In this document: piece by piece, positions 49,837-62,809 of the stretch | How positions within the stretch are numbered: position 1 is the stretch's first letter | How the letters are laid out: each line of letters starts with the position of its first letter | Made by a program: the position numbers and the translations under genes | Origin: Camelus dromedarius | Lineage: Eukaryota | Direction of reading: 5' to 3' | NCBI RefSeq assembly: GCF_036321535.1 | Contig: NC_087437.1 | Span: 119,724,001 to 119,788,000, forward strand | DNA length: 64,000 nucleotides | Notes under the pieces: model-generated | What the model saw: the letters and a program-made list of their open reading frames with translations, nothing else | What the model was told of the DNA's origin: nothing | The model's database searches: none

Positions 49837-49968
49837 GACCCAGAGATGCAGTGCTTACTGCTGTCGGACGGAAAGCACTCCGGCCACCAGAACCACGTGG
49901 TCATTCTCCCGGCCGATGGCGGGGGCGGCATGGCCGCCATCAGCTTCACTGGGGCCTTGAAAATCCCT
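49837..49968 (+). CDS. SLC37A1: SLC37A1 coding exon 10 (DPEMQCLLLSDGKHSGHQNHVVILPADGGGGMAAISFTGALKIP)
   Basis: ctccag|GAC ... CCT|gtgagt; 132 nt. Confidence 0.95.
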
Positions 49969-50179
49969 GTGAGTACCTGGGCCTGGGAGGGGTTTCAAAA
50001 AGGGGCATTTGTACTTACCATGAACAGAAACTGGCCTGCTGACAATCAAGCTTGGAAAAGAAATCCGTGACTGTATAACCCGTAAGTTAGAGGCCCAGAG
50101 CCAGCAGGGACCGGCAGCCGCAGACAGCTCGGCTCGGGACCGAGTAAGGCTGCCGCCTTTGCCTCCCAGTAGTTACGAA

Positions 50180-50280
50180 ATATGTACATACACGCACACA
50201 CACACATATGTATATATGTATTTAAATATACACATGTATATACACACGTGTATATATAAACTTAAATACGTATGTATAAT
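50180..50280. repeat. (TA)/(CA) low-complexity tract
   Basis: tatgtacatacacgcacacacacacatatgtatatatgtatttaaatatacacatgtatatacacacgtgtatatata. Confidence 0.8.
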
Positions 50281-52367
50281 TTTGAAATTGGTTGTCTCCA
50301 TTTAGAAATTCACAAATTTCATAGACAAACAGCAGGCCGTCCTGTCTTCACTTGAAACATCAGAAATTCTGGCTCCACTGGGCCTGCACCCCTGTGGCCC
50401 CATCCTCCCCACCCCTGGGCCCCCCATCCCTGGCCTGCCCTGAAACCCTGGGGAGTCACCGCCCCCTCCTTCTGCTCTATGGCTTGGGTGGGCCCACCTT
50501 GATTTTCTTAACCTGCCACAGTGCTTTTAGGAGCACAGTCCTGGTCTGATTGACCTGTGGGCCGGCAGGGCAGGAGGAGTGAAGGGACATGCAGAGACCA
50601 GGGAGACGAGCCTGCCTGGACGCAGAGAGCTGATGGTCCTCGGAACCCAGCTTGTTCTGTGTTTGAAAATCAGGTGTGCTGGTCTGGAGGAGGCAGCCGG
50701 CCCGACTCTGGGCTGATGGGGGTGCGTGGTATACATATAATCAGGGTGTGAAGGAAATCAAGGGAAAAGTGTTCCGGTCCAGGTTGGGGGAGCCGTGCAA
50801 TGATGAGATTTCTTTGCTGCAGGTTTTCTTGTATGACGTCCATGGGCCCCCGCAGCAGAGAACCTAGGGAGCCATGCAGAGGACTCTTCAAAGCTGCGTT
50901 CTGTGGGGGGGTGCAGGGAAAGCGGGGGCCCGGAGCAGAACGGCAGGAGGGGCACACCTGCACCACGCTCAGGGGGCTGCCCTTGGGCGCCTGTTCGGAG
51001 GAGCTGGTGTCGCTCCCATGCTGGCAGGACCTTCCCCGATGCTGGCCTCAGAGGCTGGGAGGGCAGAGGGAACACTGACCCAGGGGCTCCTTAGGGACCG
51101 TGTGAGGCTGGAAACGTAAACAGGGCGCCCAGAGCCTTAGAACCACATCAGTCAAATGAAAGAACTTAGAACTTCCACTTCAGAACAGATAGTGCCGCCA
51201 GCACCCAGACGAAACTGGCCCTGCGGGGACCCTGCAGCTGGTCTCCAGACAGGAGGACATTGAAGGCCTGGCCTGGACTCCCAGAGTCCCTAAAAAAGAC
51301 CCCTGTGGGCTGGCCTGGAGGAGATACTGCTTCTAAATGAAGTTATTTTTAAATGTTGTTAACAGCTAGTGACTTTTACGTTGCACCTTACTGTGTAGCA
51401 GCCTCAAATACCGCTGCTCAAAGTAGGGCGCACTGGGGACAGCAGCAGGCCTGGCCCTGCCACCACGAGCGGGGTGTGCCCAGCAAGTGTGGTGACCACT
51501 CTGGGCCCCCATTTCCTCGCCTGTCGTGCAGGCTCGGTGCCCTTGTTCACGCTGCTCTGAGAACTCCATGCTGTTCTGGAGTCCAGTGGGATCGTTATCC
51601 TCACACCAAGCGCGATGGCAGGCACGCGGAAGCGCACGGGCCATCACACGCCTCCCAGGGTGACTGTGGAGCATGCAGCACGCACAGAAATTGCACGTTG
51701 TGTTCTCTGCCCAGATTTGGTGTGTGTTCACAACTCTGCACTCACACCTGGAGGGCCACTCACATCTGCCACGTGCTGTCTGGAACTGCTGTCTCTCTAA
51801 AAGCAGAGGTAAAAAGGAACGTTTCACAGTAGCCATGACTCCAGACCAGGTTCCTCACCAGGACCCACACTCCTCTTTCTGGGTGTTTCTCCAGCACCAC
51901 AGGTTTGCTCAGTCCCAGGCAGGTGGCAGTCGCCTGTGTGTCGTACCAGATGGTCGGGTGTCTGCGCTGTGTTTCCAGGTGTCTGTGTAATTCGCAGTGA
52001 TTGCAGTTTTAGGGGGAAAAGACATAGCCGCTAAATACGTGGTAACTAGCTGACTGCGCGCTGTGTGCAGCCTTGCTCTTTGAGAACTTTCACGGCTTGT
52101 TTCAGGGCCCTGCGGTATGAGAATCAAATCAGTGTTTTTTATGGATCCTGGTCTGATGGAAAGACTTGAGGTTTCAGTTAACAGGTAGTCATGTGCTGTA
52201 AGAGGCTACGTCGGTCGGCTGTGCGGTCCCTCCCATCAGCGGTGCGGTACCCGGGCATCTGGGGGGGCTGTTTTTAGGAGAATGAAGTACTTTGTAATTC
52301 TGTTGCATATTTCAGCAAACCTGCCGAGTACACTCTGGGGTAAACACCGGCCCCCTCTCTCTTTCAG

Positions 52368-52458
52368 GGCGTGATAGAGTTCTCTCTGTGTTTGCTATTT
52401 GCAAAGTTGGTCAGCTACACTTTCCTCTTCTGGCTTCCGCTGTACATCACAAACGTGG
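52368..52458 (+). CDS. SLC37A1: SLC37A1 coding exon 11 (GVIEFSLCLLFAKLVSYTFLFWLPLYITNV)
   Basis: tttcag|GGC ... G|gtgagt; 91 nt. Confidence 0.96.
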
Positions 52459-54112
52459 GTGAGTACCTGCTGCCTGCAGGACGCGTGGCTGTTCGCAGTG
52501 ACTGCGTCGGACGGAGCCCCCTTATCCTCAGGTCTTGAGTCTTGGAAGGGAGCGCGAGCCTGATGCCCGGGAGACAGACGTTGGAGTCAGACTGCGTGAT
52601 GAGTAGGAACGTATAGACAGAAAGAACTCAAGTGTGGACGTGTAATTGCCATAATGATCACCTTGTCGTGTCCCGGCTGTGGCTGCCAGTTCTGTGAGGT
52701 CTCCCTGTCTAGGGCAGCCTGCGTCTGAATTTAGGCTGCGTTGACTTTGGGTCAGAGCAGCTGGTGAGCAGGGCAGAGGCCCTGGGGAGCTGAGATAATA
52801 CGAGCCTAACCGTCTGACCTGGAACCTGCTGCTGGAGGGGAGCTCTAACTTCGGGGGAGCCGACAATTTGCCTTCCGCTTCCAAAGTCCTGCCGGGGCCG
52901 GAGCTGGAGGTTATGACAGAGCAGAGCAGCTGGGGAGTAACGTGCCCTCCCCGGACCGTGCGTGCCCGCAGCAGAGACAGGAGGAAGGCGGCAGCTCCTA
53001 AGAGGACAGGCCCCTGAGCGCGGGGGCCGCAGCCACTGCTGACCGGGACGGGTGGTCAGGGAGGGCCTGGAGCCTCTGGGCCCAGGAGTCAGGGCTTGTG
53101 AGGAGAAAGAAAAGAAACCAGGGTCCCCAGGAGGTGCAGGCCCTAGTGAACGTGACAGAGAGGAGAACTGGGGTGTGGGGGTTCCAGAGGACAGACCCGT
53201 ATTCCCAGCAGGGGCGTGAGGACCAGCAGAGATGGACGGAGCCTGAGGCGGGAGGGCTGAGTTTCTCAGGGATGGAAGCTGGAGAGGCAGTGAGGGGACC
53301 GTCCTGTGGTAGCGGGGACGTGGGGGGGAGGGGCAGGAAGGAGCTCCCAGGGATTCCATGCTTCCTTCCCTGTCCCACGACCCCTTCCTTGCAGCCAGCG
53401 AGCTGCCGTGGTGCAGACAGGTGGGCCCTCAATGGGCTGGCACTGCGCTCCTGTGACCACAGGACTCAGGTCACAAGTGACTAGCATTTGCAGTCTAAGT
53501 GATTGTTTGAAAAGAACAGATTGCCCTGTGCACCATTCAGGACGCTAGGAAGGGCTGGACTGATGAACAGTCCAGACGCTTCCCAAACCTCGTCTCCCGG
53601 GCGTTGGCCGCCTTGAACCCCCCGAAAGCCCCGGACCCGTGCGAAGTCCGGCAGGGAGACCCCTGCGCTGCGCGGTGAGACCTGGGCTTTCTCACCTAGA
53701 GGAGGAGCTTCTGGCGCCTTCAGGTCTAAACTCTGGGGGTCTTGTGCTCTGTGTCAAGGGGCGCTCCTGCAGCCCCCCGGCCGCTCCCCGAGGCCGGCTC
53801 CACCGGCCCTGTCTCGCCTCCCTGCTGCTGTCCTCGAAGGGACACTGAGCCGAAGGCGGGATGGCAGTTAGACTGAGCCACGTGAGTCCTCGCTTTGCAG
53901 GTGAGGGTTTAGGTCTCCTCCATTCTGTGCGTCCACCCACATGGCGGACCCCTTTTTCCCCTTCTGATCTGATGATTGCTACTTTGATACTCATCTGATC
54001 ATTGAGCGAATAACTGTTGCCTGACTGAAGGCATGTTTATGGAACAGCAGAATGTTGTGTGTGGGTCTTGCACTGTGACTTCCTCGGTGACACTCCGTCG
54101 TCACTTTAATAG

Positions 54113-54175
54113 ATCACCTCGATGTCAGGAAGGCCGGGGAGCTCTCCACCTTGTTTGACGTGGGCGGCATCTTCG
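54113..54175 (+). CDS. SLC37A1: SLC37A1 coding exon 12 (DHLDVRKAGELSTLFDVGGIF)
   Basis: taatag|AT ... G|gtgagt; 63 nt. Confidence 0.94.
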
Positions 54176-54645
54176 GTGAGTTCACTGCCTGTGTTCTCTG
54201 TGGGTGGTGCGTGAACACCTGTGGCCCTGACTCTGTGAGCTGCCTTAGTGCCGGGAGGCGCCGGGCTGTGCCTCTCGGGGAGGCTCCCCCCCCCATCCTG
54301 GGCCTTGACCCCATGCTCCGCAGCCCCTGGCAGGCAACAGGCTGACAGGGTTGGGACCCTTCCAGGCCGCAGGGCCTTGGGGCCAGCCTGAAACCTGAGC
54401 CCTAGACCGCCCTTGTTTTTCACTTGGGGGCGGGGGGAGGCTCTGGGTCATGTGACCACGGCCACCAAGGCCGGTTCCAGGCCGAGCACCGCAGAGGCCA
54501 CTCCCCGCTAACGGTGATGTGGGCACAGAGGGCCCAGCCAGGAGGTCACTCTTCTCACTGCTTCTGCGAGCCGTGTTCTGCTGCTGCTCCGTGGGGTCCT
54601 GCCCTGGGGACGCAAGCCCCTCAGGGCCCTCCCTCTGCCTTGTAG

Positions 54646-54731
54646 GTGGGATCCTGGCGGGTGTGATCTCAGATCGACTGGAGAAAAGGGCCTCCACCTG
54701 CGGCCTGATGCTGCTGCTCGCAGCCCCGACG
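54646..54731 (+). CDS. SLC37A1: SLC37A1 coding exon 13 (GGILAGVISDRLEKRASTCGLMLLLAAPT)
   Basis: ttgtag|GT ... ACG|gtgagc; 86 nt; contains the MFS motif-A-like GVISDRLEKR. Confidence 0.96.
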
Positions 54732-55792
54732 GTGAGCCCGCCCCCCCACCGCCTTGTCGGGCCCCCGGGCCTGTGGAAACGCAGCCCTTTGTCCTCCCAC
54801 AGGCAGACCCTCCCGTCTGCTCCGCTCCTGGCTCTGGTTTCCAGGACCAGCGATGGCCTCGGCGCCCCACTCAGTGCTCAGTGCCCCCCCTCTCCCGCTG
54901 GACCCCCCTCCCCCTGCCTGCTGCCCACCGCGCACCGCCCACCGCGCACCGCGCTGCTCCTCACTCACCCTTGGCTTCTCGTGTGCCCGTGTGCTCTGTT
55001 CCCTCTGGGACACCCTTCCCCTCCCTCAAGAGGCTTCTGCACTTTTTTTAGGATCCCTGCTGTCTTCCCTCCCTCCCCAGGCAGCACCAACCCTGCCCAT
55101 CCACTAATTTTAAGTATTTAGTAGCTCCCTCTGCGCCTCGGTGTCCTCATGTGAAAAACCTCAGTGCGACTGTGAGGATCAAGTGGAAAATCACAGATCA
55201 TGGCCGTTCCCACAGCAGCCGTGTCATAAGCCGTAGGATTGCTCATCCGTTTGCACTGTAGTTATTTGCCCGTTTGCCACTCCCCTGGGCCTTGACTGTC
55301 CCCAGACAAAGCCTAGTCTTCAGCCGTCCTGGAGCCATGGACACTGCCCAGAACAGACACTCAAAGAACCTTGGCTGATGACGTGCTGGGCGTGGCCCCT
55401 TTGCCACCAGGGCCCCACCTCAGTGGGCGCGGCTGTTTGGGTCTGCCGGCCTAGGAGGAGACGGGTAGACTCTAGAGACGCAGAGCTCAGCGGGGCGGCC
55501 CCAACAAGGCCTCACTCCGGGACCTCGGAGTGGAGGCGCCCCCAGAGCTCCCCAGATCGTGGGCGATCAGACCCTGCCTGTCTGGGGCAAGGCTGGGGAC
55601 TGTGTGCCAAGCTCTCTGCGACGCCTGTCCTTAGACAGTCTGCTGGGGTGGCCTGGCCATCCTGCTTTTTGGAGGGTGTCCACTCTCTGATTGGCTGCCT
55701 GAGAATCACTTTTCAGAAATAGAGATTCCTGGGCAATCTCTCAGCCACTCGTAGCAAACCGTTGTCTTTACCCTCTTTTTCCCTATTCACAG

Positions 55793-55841
55793 CTGTACGT
55801 ATTCTCCGCCATCAGCAAAATGGGTCTGGAAGCCACTGTAG
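55793..55841 (+). CDS. SLC37A1: SLC37A1 coding exon 14 (LYVFSAISKMGLEATV)
   Basis: tcacag|CTG ... G|gtgagt; 49 nt. Confidence 0.94.
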
Positions 55842-56997
55842 GTGAGTTGATGAGCCCTTTCCTTCCTTTCACACGCATTTTTTCATCCACACAGCTTTGT
55901 GAAATGAAACAAAAAATCAGCAAGAAGCATGCAGCTGGTATAGTGTAGCTGAAGTCTTTGCCAAGTCCCTCTGGGTGGGGCTTTGGGACTCCTGCTCCCA
56001 GACTTGAGGCCTGACAGTCGGCAGGTTTAAGGGCAAGCGTGGGAGAGTGCAGGCCCCCGGTCTGGGGCGGTGATGCGCCCTGGCCGCCCCTGGTGAGGAG
56101 CGGGCGTCAGGCGGGGCTGCACCCCCAGCCTGCCGAGCCCCGGGGAGCCGGCCCTCTCAGCTGGCTCTGGCAGCCGCCATTCTGGGCGTCACACTGGAGG
56201 ACTATTTCCAACTTCCTGCAAGCAGTGCTATCGAATTATGGCTGTGACACTTAGTGAACATTTCTTCTGTTCTGACAAGGCGGCAGTGGGGATCAGAGGG
56301 GGCCGTGTGGGATCCCATGAAACGTTACTCAGGGGGCAGCTTGCGGGTGCAAGAGGATCCTGGAGTTTCCTATGACCCTTGGGTCCAGAATCTTCTGCAC
56401 AGAGGAATGTGAACCAGAGGATGGCTGGGGGAGAGAGCCAGAGGCTAGGAGACCGCATCTCAGAAACGGGCAGGGCTGTCCCGCCCGTGAGCAGCTCAGC
56501 CGCGCTGGGGCTCCGGGGCCCCCTTGGGGGCTGCCGTGAGCAGCAGTGAGTGCAGAGAGGAAGCCGTTCCGCTGCAGGTGAGACCGTGGCTGGCGTCAGC
56601 ATCCGGGCCACTGGACGACAAGGAGCAGGCGCTCCCCTGGCCACACCTGTGGTCACGTCTGTGCTCGGTGCCCCAGGCTCTCGCTCCCTTTCTGTGACAA
56701 CAGCTGCTGCCCATTGAGATTCAGCAAACGGGGTACCGGCTCCTCTGAACATAGCTTGAACCTCTGGGAAAGCGTGATTGAACTTACAAAACGTACCCTG
56801 GGGCAAGTTTAAAGGAGCAGTTTGTGACTCTTGCCCCAGCGGTGACCGCTCTGGGGAGGAGGGTAGACCGGCACCTGCTTGCCTTCCACTCAGGGCAGCA
56901 CCCACGTGTGATGCGGGGTGCTAAGACTGCGGGGGCTCTCCCGGGGGCCCTGTCCTGCTTGCTAACCGCCCCTCTCTCCCCGGTCTGTTCTCTACAG

Positions 56998-57071
56998 CCA
57001 TGCTGCTGCTCTGCGGGGCCCTGGTCAGTGGGCCGTACGCGCTCATCACCACCGCTGTCTCCGCCGACCTG
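56998..57071 (+). CDS. SLC37A1: SLC37A1 coding exon 15 (AMLLLCGALVSGPYALITTAVSADL)
   Basis: Branch-like GCTAAC at 56961; ctacag|CC ... CTG|gtgagc; 74 nt. Confidence 0.96.
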
Positions 57072-57899
57072 GTGAGCGCGCGCAGCCTGGGCGGAGCGCA
57101 CACGGCGTGTCTGCCCCGTGGGGTTAGAGGGCACAGGGGTGGGGGCGCTTCACCCACTGTAGGGGGTTCTTCCACGTGCTCTCTTTTATGCTATATGCAC
57201 ACGCACACACAAGCACTCGTATTTTACAAGCTTTGGTTTATTCTTATAGTTTTAGGCTTCTGGGCATTATTTTTCCTCATTTAGCTTTTCCTTTTATTGT
57301 TCTCAGTTTGTGTTTCTCCCTCAACCTGATTTGTGTGGCTTTTTGAAAACCAGAGCTCCTGCTGGTTTTTCACGTAGAACTTCTGCCCTGTACGTTGGTT
57401 TCTTGGGCCCCGCCCACCCGCCCATCCTCCCTGGCGTTTACCGCCCCACGGGCTGATTTTTAGACGCTGCAGAGCTGCCGCGCACGTGGCTGGAGAGCAT
57501 CCCCAGCAGAGCCGTGGACGCGGGCGCGCACGCCGGCCCGGCCAGGGACCCGATGAGCCCCACTCACCTTGTGGTTTCCGCGTTGATCTCTGCGTTGTGA
57601 AGAGGGTGGCTGTGCTGAGTAAAGATTTCTTTATTGAGGAGAATTTTAAGACTTCTTTTAACTGGAATACATTTGGACAAGTATTTCTGTTCATTTTTTT
57701 AAATATTAAAAACACGTGAAACCTGGCATACTTTTCCAAGGCACGTTTGGGATGGTGTGGAGCTTGAATCTTCTGACGGAAGTACCCCACGCCTTGCTTT
57801 GCGAAGCAGTTTGGGTAAATTGTCACGTAGAAGACACAGATCGGTTCTCGCTCTGATGTTGCAGGGACGTGTTTCACACTGGCTTTCTTTCTCCTCCAG

Positions 57900-57978
57900 G
57901 GGACTCACAAAAGCCTGAAAGGAAACGCGCATGCTCTGGCCACCGTGACTGCCATCATCGATGGGACTGGGTCTGTAG
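57900..57978 (+). CDS. SLC37A1: SLC37A1 coding exon 16 (GTHKSLKGNAHALATVTAIIDGTGSV)
   Basis: ctccag|GGG ... G|gtgtgt; 79 nt. Confidence 0.95.
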
Positions 57979-60900
57979 GTGTGTGGGGGTTTTTAGCCTC
58001 AGAGGTTAACTGTGGTCGGAGGGGAGGCCGCATCAGCACGTCCTAATTGTCCTCATTAACGGATGCCCAGGGTCGTGGTTGCTTTGGCGATTCTAGGACC
58101 GGCTGGCCTTCTTAAAATACAAGCAGATCAAAAGCACGTCGAAACCCAGGGGACACAGGCAGGTGGCACTCTGGTCCTCTTTGGTCGGATGGCTCCAGAG
58201 GAGGTATGGGCGTGTGGCCAGAAGGACAGGTTTTCCTTGGTGTGAAAGGACCGTCCGCGGGTTTTCATCTGAGCCAGTGATTGGCGAACTATGGCCCACG
58301 GGCCACTGAGACACTGACTGTTAGTCACTGTTATTCCAATGAGGACAGCATCTTAACTCAAACATGAATGACAGGTAAACTGCTGGGTCCTGAAGCATAC
58401 AAGATGCCCATCTTTCCAGCCCCTGAAGGGTCTTGGAGAGGACACAGTAGCATATGCTGGAGGAAAGAAAGGGGGTGAAATGAACATCTCACCCCCTCCC
58501 CGTCCCCGAGCTGGGCGGCCGGGACCTGGTACCCAGCAAGCCTGTCCTGATCAGTGAGTCTGAAGGCTGACAGCGGCGTCCTTGACTGTCCCCAGCCTCA
58601 CGTGAGGAGCAGGTGCACTGGGACGGCCCTTGGCTCTGCCTGCACGAGCCCTGCCTGCCCGGCCCTGTGTTGTGTGCCGGCCCCTCTCTGGAGACGTGGG
58701 ACCTGAAGCTCGGGGGGCCGCCTACTGTGGCCCCCACGGCTGCTCGGGAGGCTCTTGGATGGCATGCTGGTGTGTCCCCGCTGCCCCAGGCTCCTGACGC
58801 AGGGAGGCAGTGAGAGAGCAGGCAGGCCAGGTGGGGAGGGCCCTGGGTCTGGAGCAGCTCAGAGCAGGGAAACCCAACGCTTGCCAGACGACGGCGGGTC
58901 TGTGGTGCAGGTCCCCCCAAGCCCGGCCTTCAGGCTCTCCTTCTGCACCAGGAGATGCCTCTGTCCTGTCTTCCTGAGGCCCATCATCCGAGCCACGTAG
59001 AAACAGCCCCGGTCCACTTCTAGACACCCACTGCTGTCTGACTGATGCCAGGACTGAAGTCCTCCCCCCAACCCTGCTCTCCTCCTGCTACCGCCACCCG
59101 GCCTCCCGGCTGCTCCCCAGAAACTCGCGCCTGGTCCCCATGGGCCTCAGCTCGCTTCCCGCCACCACCCCCATGCTGAGGGAGGGGCTCCACCCACAGA
59201 GAGTCTTCACCCAGGTATCAGCCTCTCACTGGGACCCCTCACCCACCCCGTTTGGGTGCATGGACGCTCCCCACGCAGGCTCAGGGACTCTCCTCTGGTC
59301 CACTGTCCTCCAGGCACCATCCTCCTGTCTTGTGCCATCCTCTCTCCCTGCAGCTTCCAGCAGAGTGGAAGCCCCGCAAGGACAGGAGCGATTTTGTTCT
59401 CTGCTGTATTCTCAGCACCAAGGGGGAGGCCGGGACAGAGCAGATGCTCAGGAGGAGGGTGAGGAGGGAACTACCTGGCAGCCCTGAGACTCAGGACTCG
59501 CCCACAGGCCAGGCAGCTGGTCTCTTGTCCGGCTACTGGGTTCCCGGGTGAGGGCTCGGGTCACAGAGGCCCTGGGCGACCCACTGCCCACCCGGCTCGC
59601 CAGGACAGGCCCGCCTGCCTGGGGTGGCGGGTACCCCAGTCCCTGCTGGTGCCACACTATGTTAGCAAGAAGCTTCCCAAGCCTGGAAGCCGCGCAGCAG
59701 GGGGAGCCCTGGGCCGAGCGCGGTTCTCGTGGGCTCTGGACAGGACATTTCTCTCTGCTTCTGTCCCACACAGGCCTGTCTGTGGGTCAGTCCAGCTCCC
59801 GCTGAGAAACCCTTTTCTTAAAGCAAATTTGGAGCTTGGCTGGGGGCCCTGATTGCATTTTAAAGCAGAGGAGTGGGGGTTAAAATGAAGGAAAGTATGA
59901 ATTAGGGAAAAACACATTTTTCTTGATATTTTTCTCAGAGCTAGAGGGAAGCAGAAGTCTGTGGCTCGGGGTGTCCTGCGTCTGTAAACGGGGCGGGCTC
60001 TGAGCCGGTGGCGGGGCACGGCTCCCAGCACCCCCACGGAAGCCGGGCGGCTCAGCCCCTCTGACCTCTCCGGCGGCCGACGGGGAGACGGCCTGGTTCT
60101 CTGCGGGAGCGCTGCCCAGCTGGCGGAAGCAAAGCCGGGCTCGGGTGGAAACGTGCGCAGTTCCCCGCAGGGCTGCTGTCCACCGGGGAGTTCGCCCGCT
60201 GTGTTTACTAAGTATTGGAATTACCGGTTTCGATGGAGGCGAAGCTTGACTACCTGTAAATAAGCCAGGGCCCTCTCGCAAGTCACCAGGGCCAGCCGGT
60301 CCCGGTGACACAGGTTTATCTGCTGGGCGCCTTTGTGGGATTAGAGCCGCGCCCCCGCGGCCGCAGGGCTTGCTGGCTCCATGTTTATGCAGAGCAGTTA
60401 GAGAGCCCAGAACTTCTTCAAGGTCATTTTCATTTTATCAAAGTAAAGCATAACGTAACTTTAGAAACCAGATAGACGTCAAAACTTATCATAATGCAGA
60501 ATGGCATTCCCGCCCCCACCCCCCAGCCCCTCTTTCTAGAAGCCGTCACTGCCGGCTGTGCTCTCTCGTCTCCTCCATGCACGGTCACATGTTTCTTGAC
60601 CTTCCGTGTTGTCCTCCTGGTGAGGAAGGTGCGGCCCCTGCTCCGTCCCTGTCGGCTCCTTCACCACCCTGTCTCTTTAATGTCGCTCACTCTTGAGCCA
60701 AGAAATAAACCTTAACTACACATCCTTAACGTGCACATTTTTGTTTTTCTCCAAAATATCGAATGCCTCACCTGCCCTTTGGTTGGCATTTCTGTCACAG
60801 CTGCGCCTTTCTGTCCACCGCAGCCACGTGCCACCCGGCTTCACTCTCACCTGCTGCGTGGCCCTCATCCCAGAGCTGCTGTCACGCCGCAGCTTGTGAA

Positions 60901-62809
60901 TCCCTTCCGTCTCCCCCCGCGGTGGACCCCTGCTCGCCAGATCCCGTGTTCATGACTCCTCTTTGGTGGGAAACGTCTTCTCGTGGCCTCCTGAGTAGTG
61001 GGTTGCAGGGCACAGCCCGGGAGCGCTGGGGAGGGGTCTGGATTCAGCTCTCGCCTGATGGATAGTCTGTCTGGATCTAGAGGTCTTGGTTGAAAGTTCT
61101 TTTTCTTCCGAATTCCAGTGTCATCCAGCTCCCATCTCCACCACGGAGAGCCCCACTGTCATCCTCGGCCAGGCCTCCGCTTCTGACCTCTCGCCCCTGC
61201 TCTCTTCCCTGGGAGACCTCCAGGCTCACCTCTCTGTCTCTGCGGCTCCCCCTCGTCCCTGCGCGCCGGGCACCCGGGGTCCCGCCCCGTCTGGAAACAC
61301 AGGCCCTCCATCCCTGGGACGTGCGCCCTGTCTTCTCTTTGACAGGTTTCCCTTCCTGTTTTTGTCTTCTGGAAAACTTACTAGTCAGAGGTGTAGCTCT
61401 CTGGATTAATCCTTCAATTTTCTGTTTTCCTTGCCTGCCTGCGTCTTTGTTCTTTTCCTGAGCTTTCTCAGAGACGTTCTTGGCTTTGCTTTCCCGCCTC
61501 CGCGCTGAGCCTTTTACTTTAGCTGCCATCATTCATGCTCATTGGTGTCTCTGCCCTCTGAGTGCGTCCTGTTCTTTCTTCTCGGATCAGTGTGTGTGAG
61601 GCCAAGTCACAAGAAGTCGCTGATGCTGGACTGGATTTCAGATGCAGGAGCGGGAGTCTCACGTGGTTCAGCCTGGTTTCCCGTCAGTTCTCTGGAGGTG
61701 TTGCATTTTGCTGGGAGTTTTCTTCTCCCCAGTTTGTTCATTTTCTGCAGGTCCCCCTCCTCCCAGCTTGTTCACATTTACCTTGAGGCTTTCCTCAGAC
61801 GCAGGTGGATCTCGGCCGTCCCCTCATATGTTTGCATTTAAGACTAAGCCGCTAAGCACTTACTAGAAGCCTTTTCCGCATGGGAGGCATGTCAGTTGCA
61901 TGTCTTTGGGGTCCGGCTCGGGTCTGGAGGAGGAGCCCCCCCAGTACCTACAGGGGGTGTGCACCTTACTGCCAGCATCCTTGCCATCATGGGAAGGGCT
62001 GCCTGGTGGAAGCTGGTGTCCCTCCCTGTGCTCCCCGTGCTCGGTGGTGCCTCGTCCCCATCCTGCGCCGAGCTCGGAACCCCTGAGCCCAAAGCCTCTG
62101 GTGCAGACTCTCCCAATGGTTAAGGTTCTGCTCCCCTGGGGTCGGGGAGGGGTGGTCCTGGGGTCTGGGAGGGGTGGTCCTGGGGGGGTGATGCGGAAGA
62201 GGAGGGCCCTGGGGTCGGGGAGGTGGGGCACGTCTCATAGTTCATTATAAGAGGCTTTCGGCCAGATCTCCTGTTTCATTCTACTGCCCACCCTCCCCTG
62301 CCTCATGCCATGGGCAGCCTGGCCCTGGGCAAGGAGGGCCAGAGCACATCAGTCATGCCCTTTAGATCTCATCCACACAAACAGTGCCTTCCCTCAGGTG
62401 CCCTTTGTCTGCGGGTTTTAGTTTTTATTCAGTTATGGTCCATTTTGTGGTGTTCGGGGGCTGTAGAGCTAAGCACATGTGAACAGTCTACTGTGTTTAC
62501 TAGGGAGTCCTTCTGTGATTACAAAAAAACACGCAGATGCTTCTCAGATTATAAAAGTAGTATGTGCCCTTTGTAAACACTGCGGACAGCGTTAGCGTGT
62601 CGCAAGCAGGAGGGGCCGTGCTGGCCCTGCTCTCGGAGGTGAGACCTCGGTGCATGACTCGGCGTGAATTTTCACACTTCTCACTGCCAGCGGCCTGCCC
62701 AGCATGTGCACCACGGCTCATTCCAGTCCCTCGTGGGAAAACAGCCCCACTGCTGCGACAGACATCCCTGAACAGGTGTCTTTGGGTATTTTGAGGAACA
62801 TTTGCTTTC

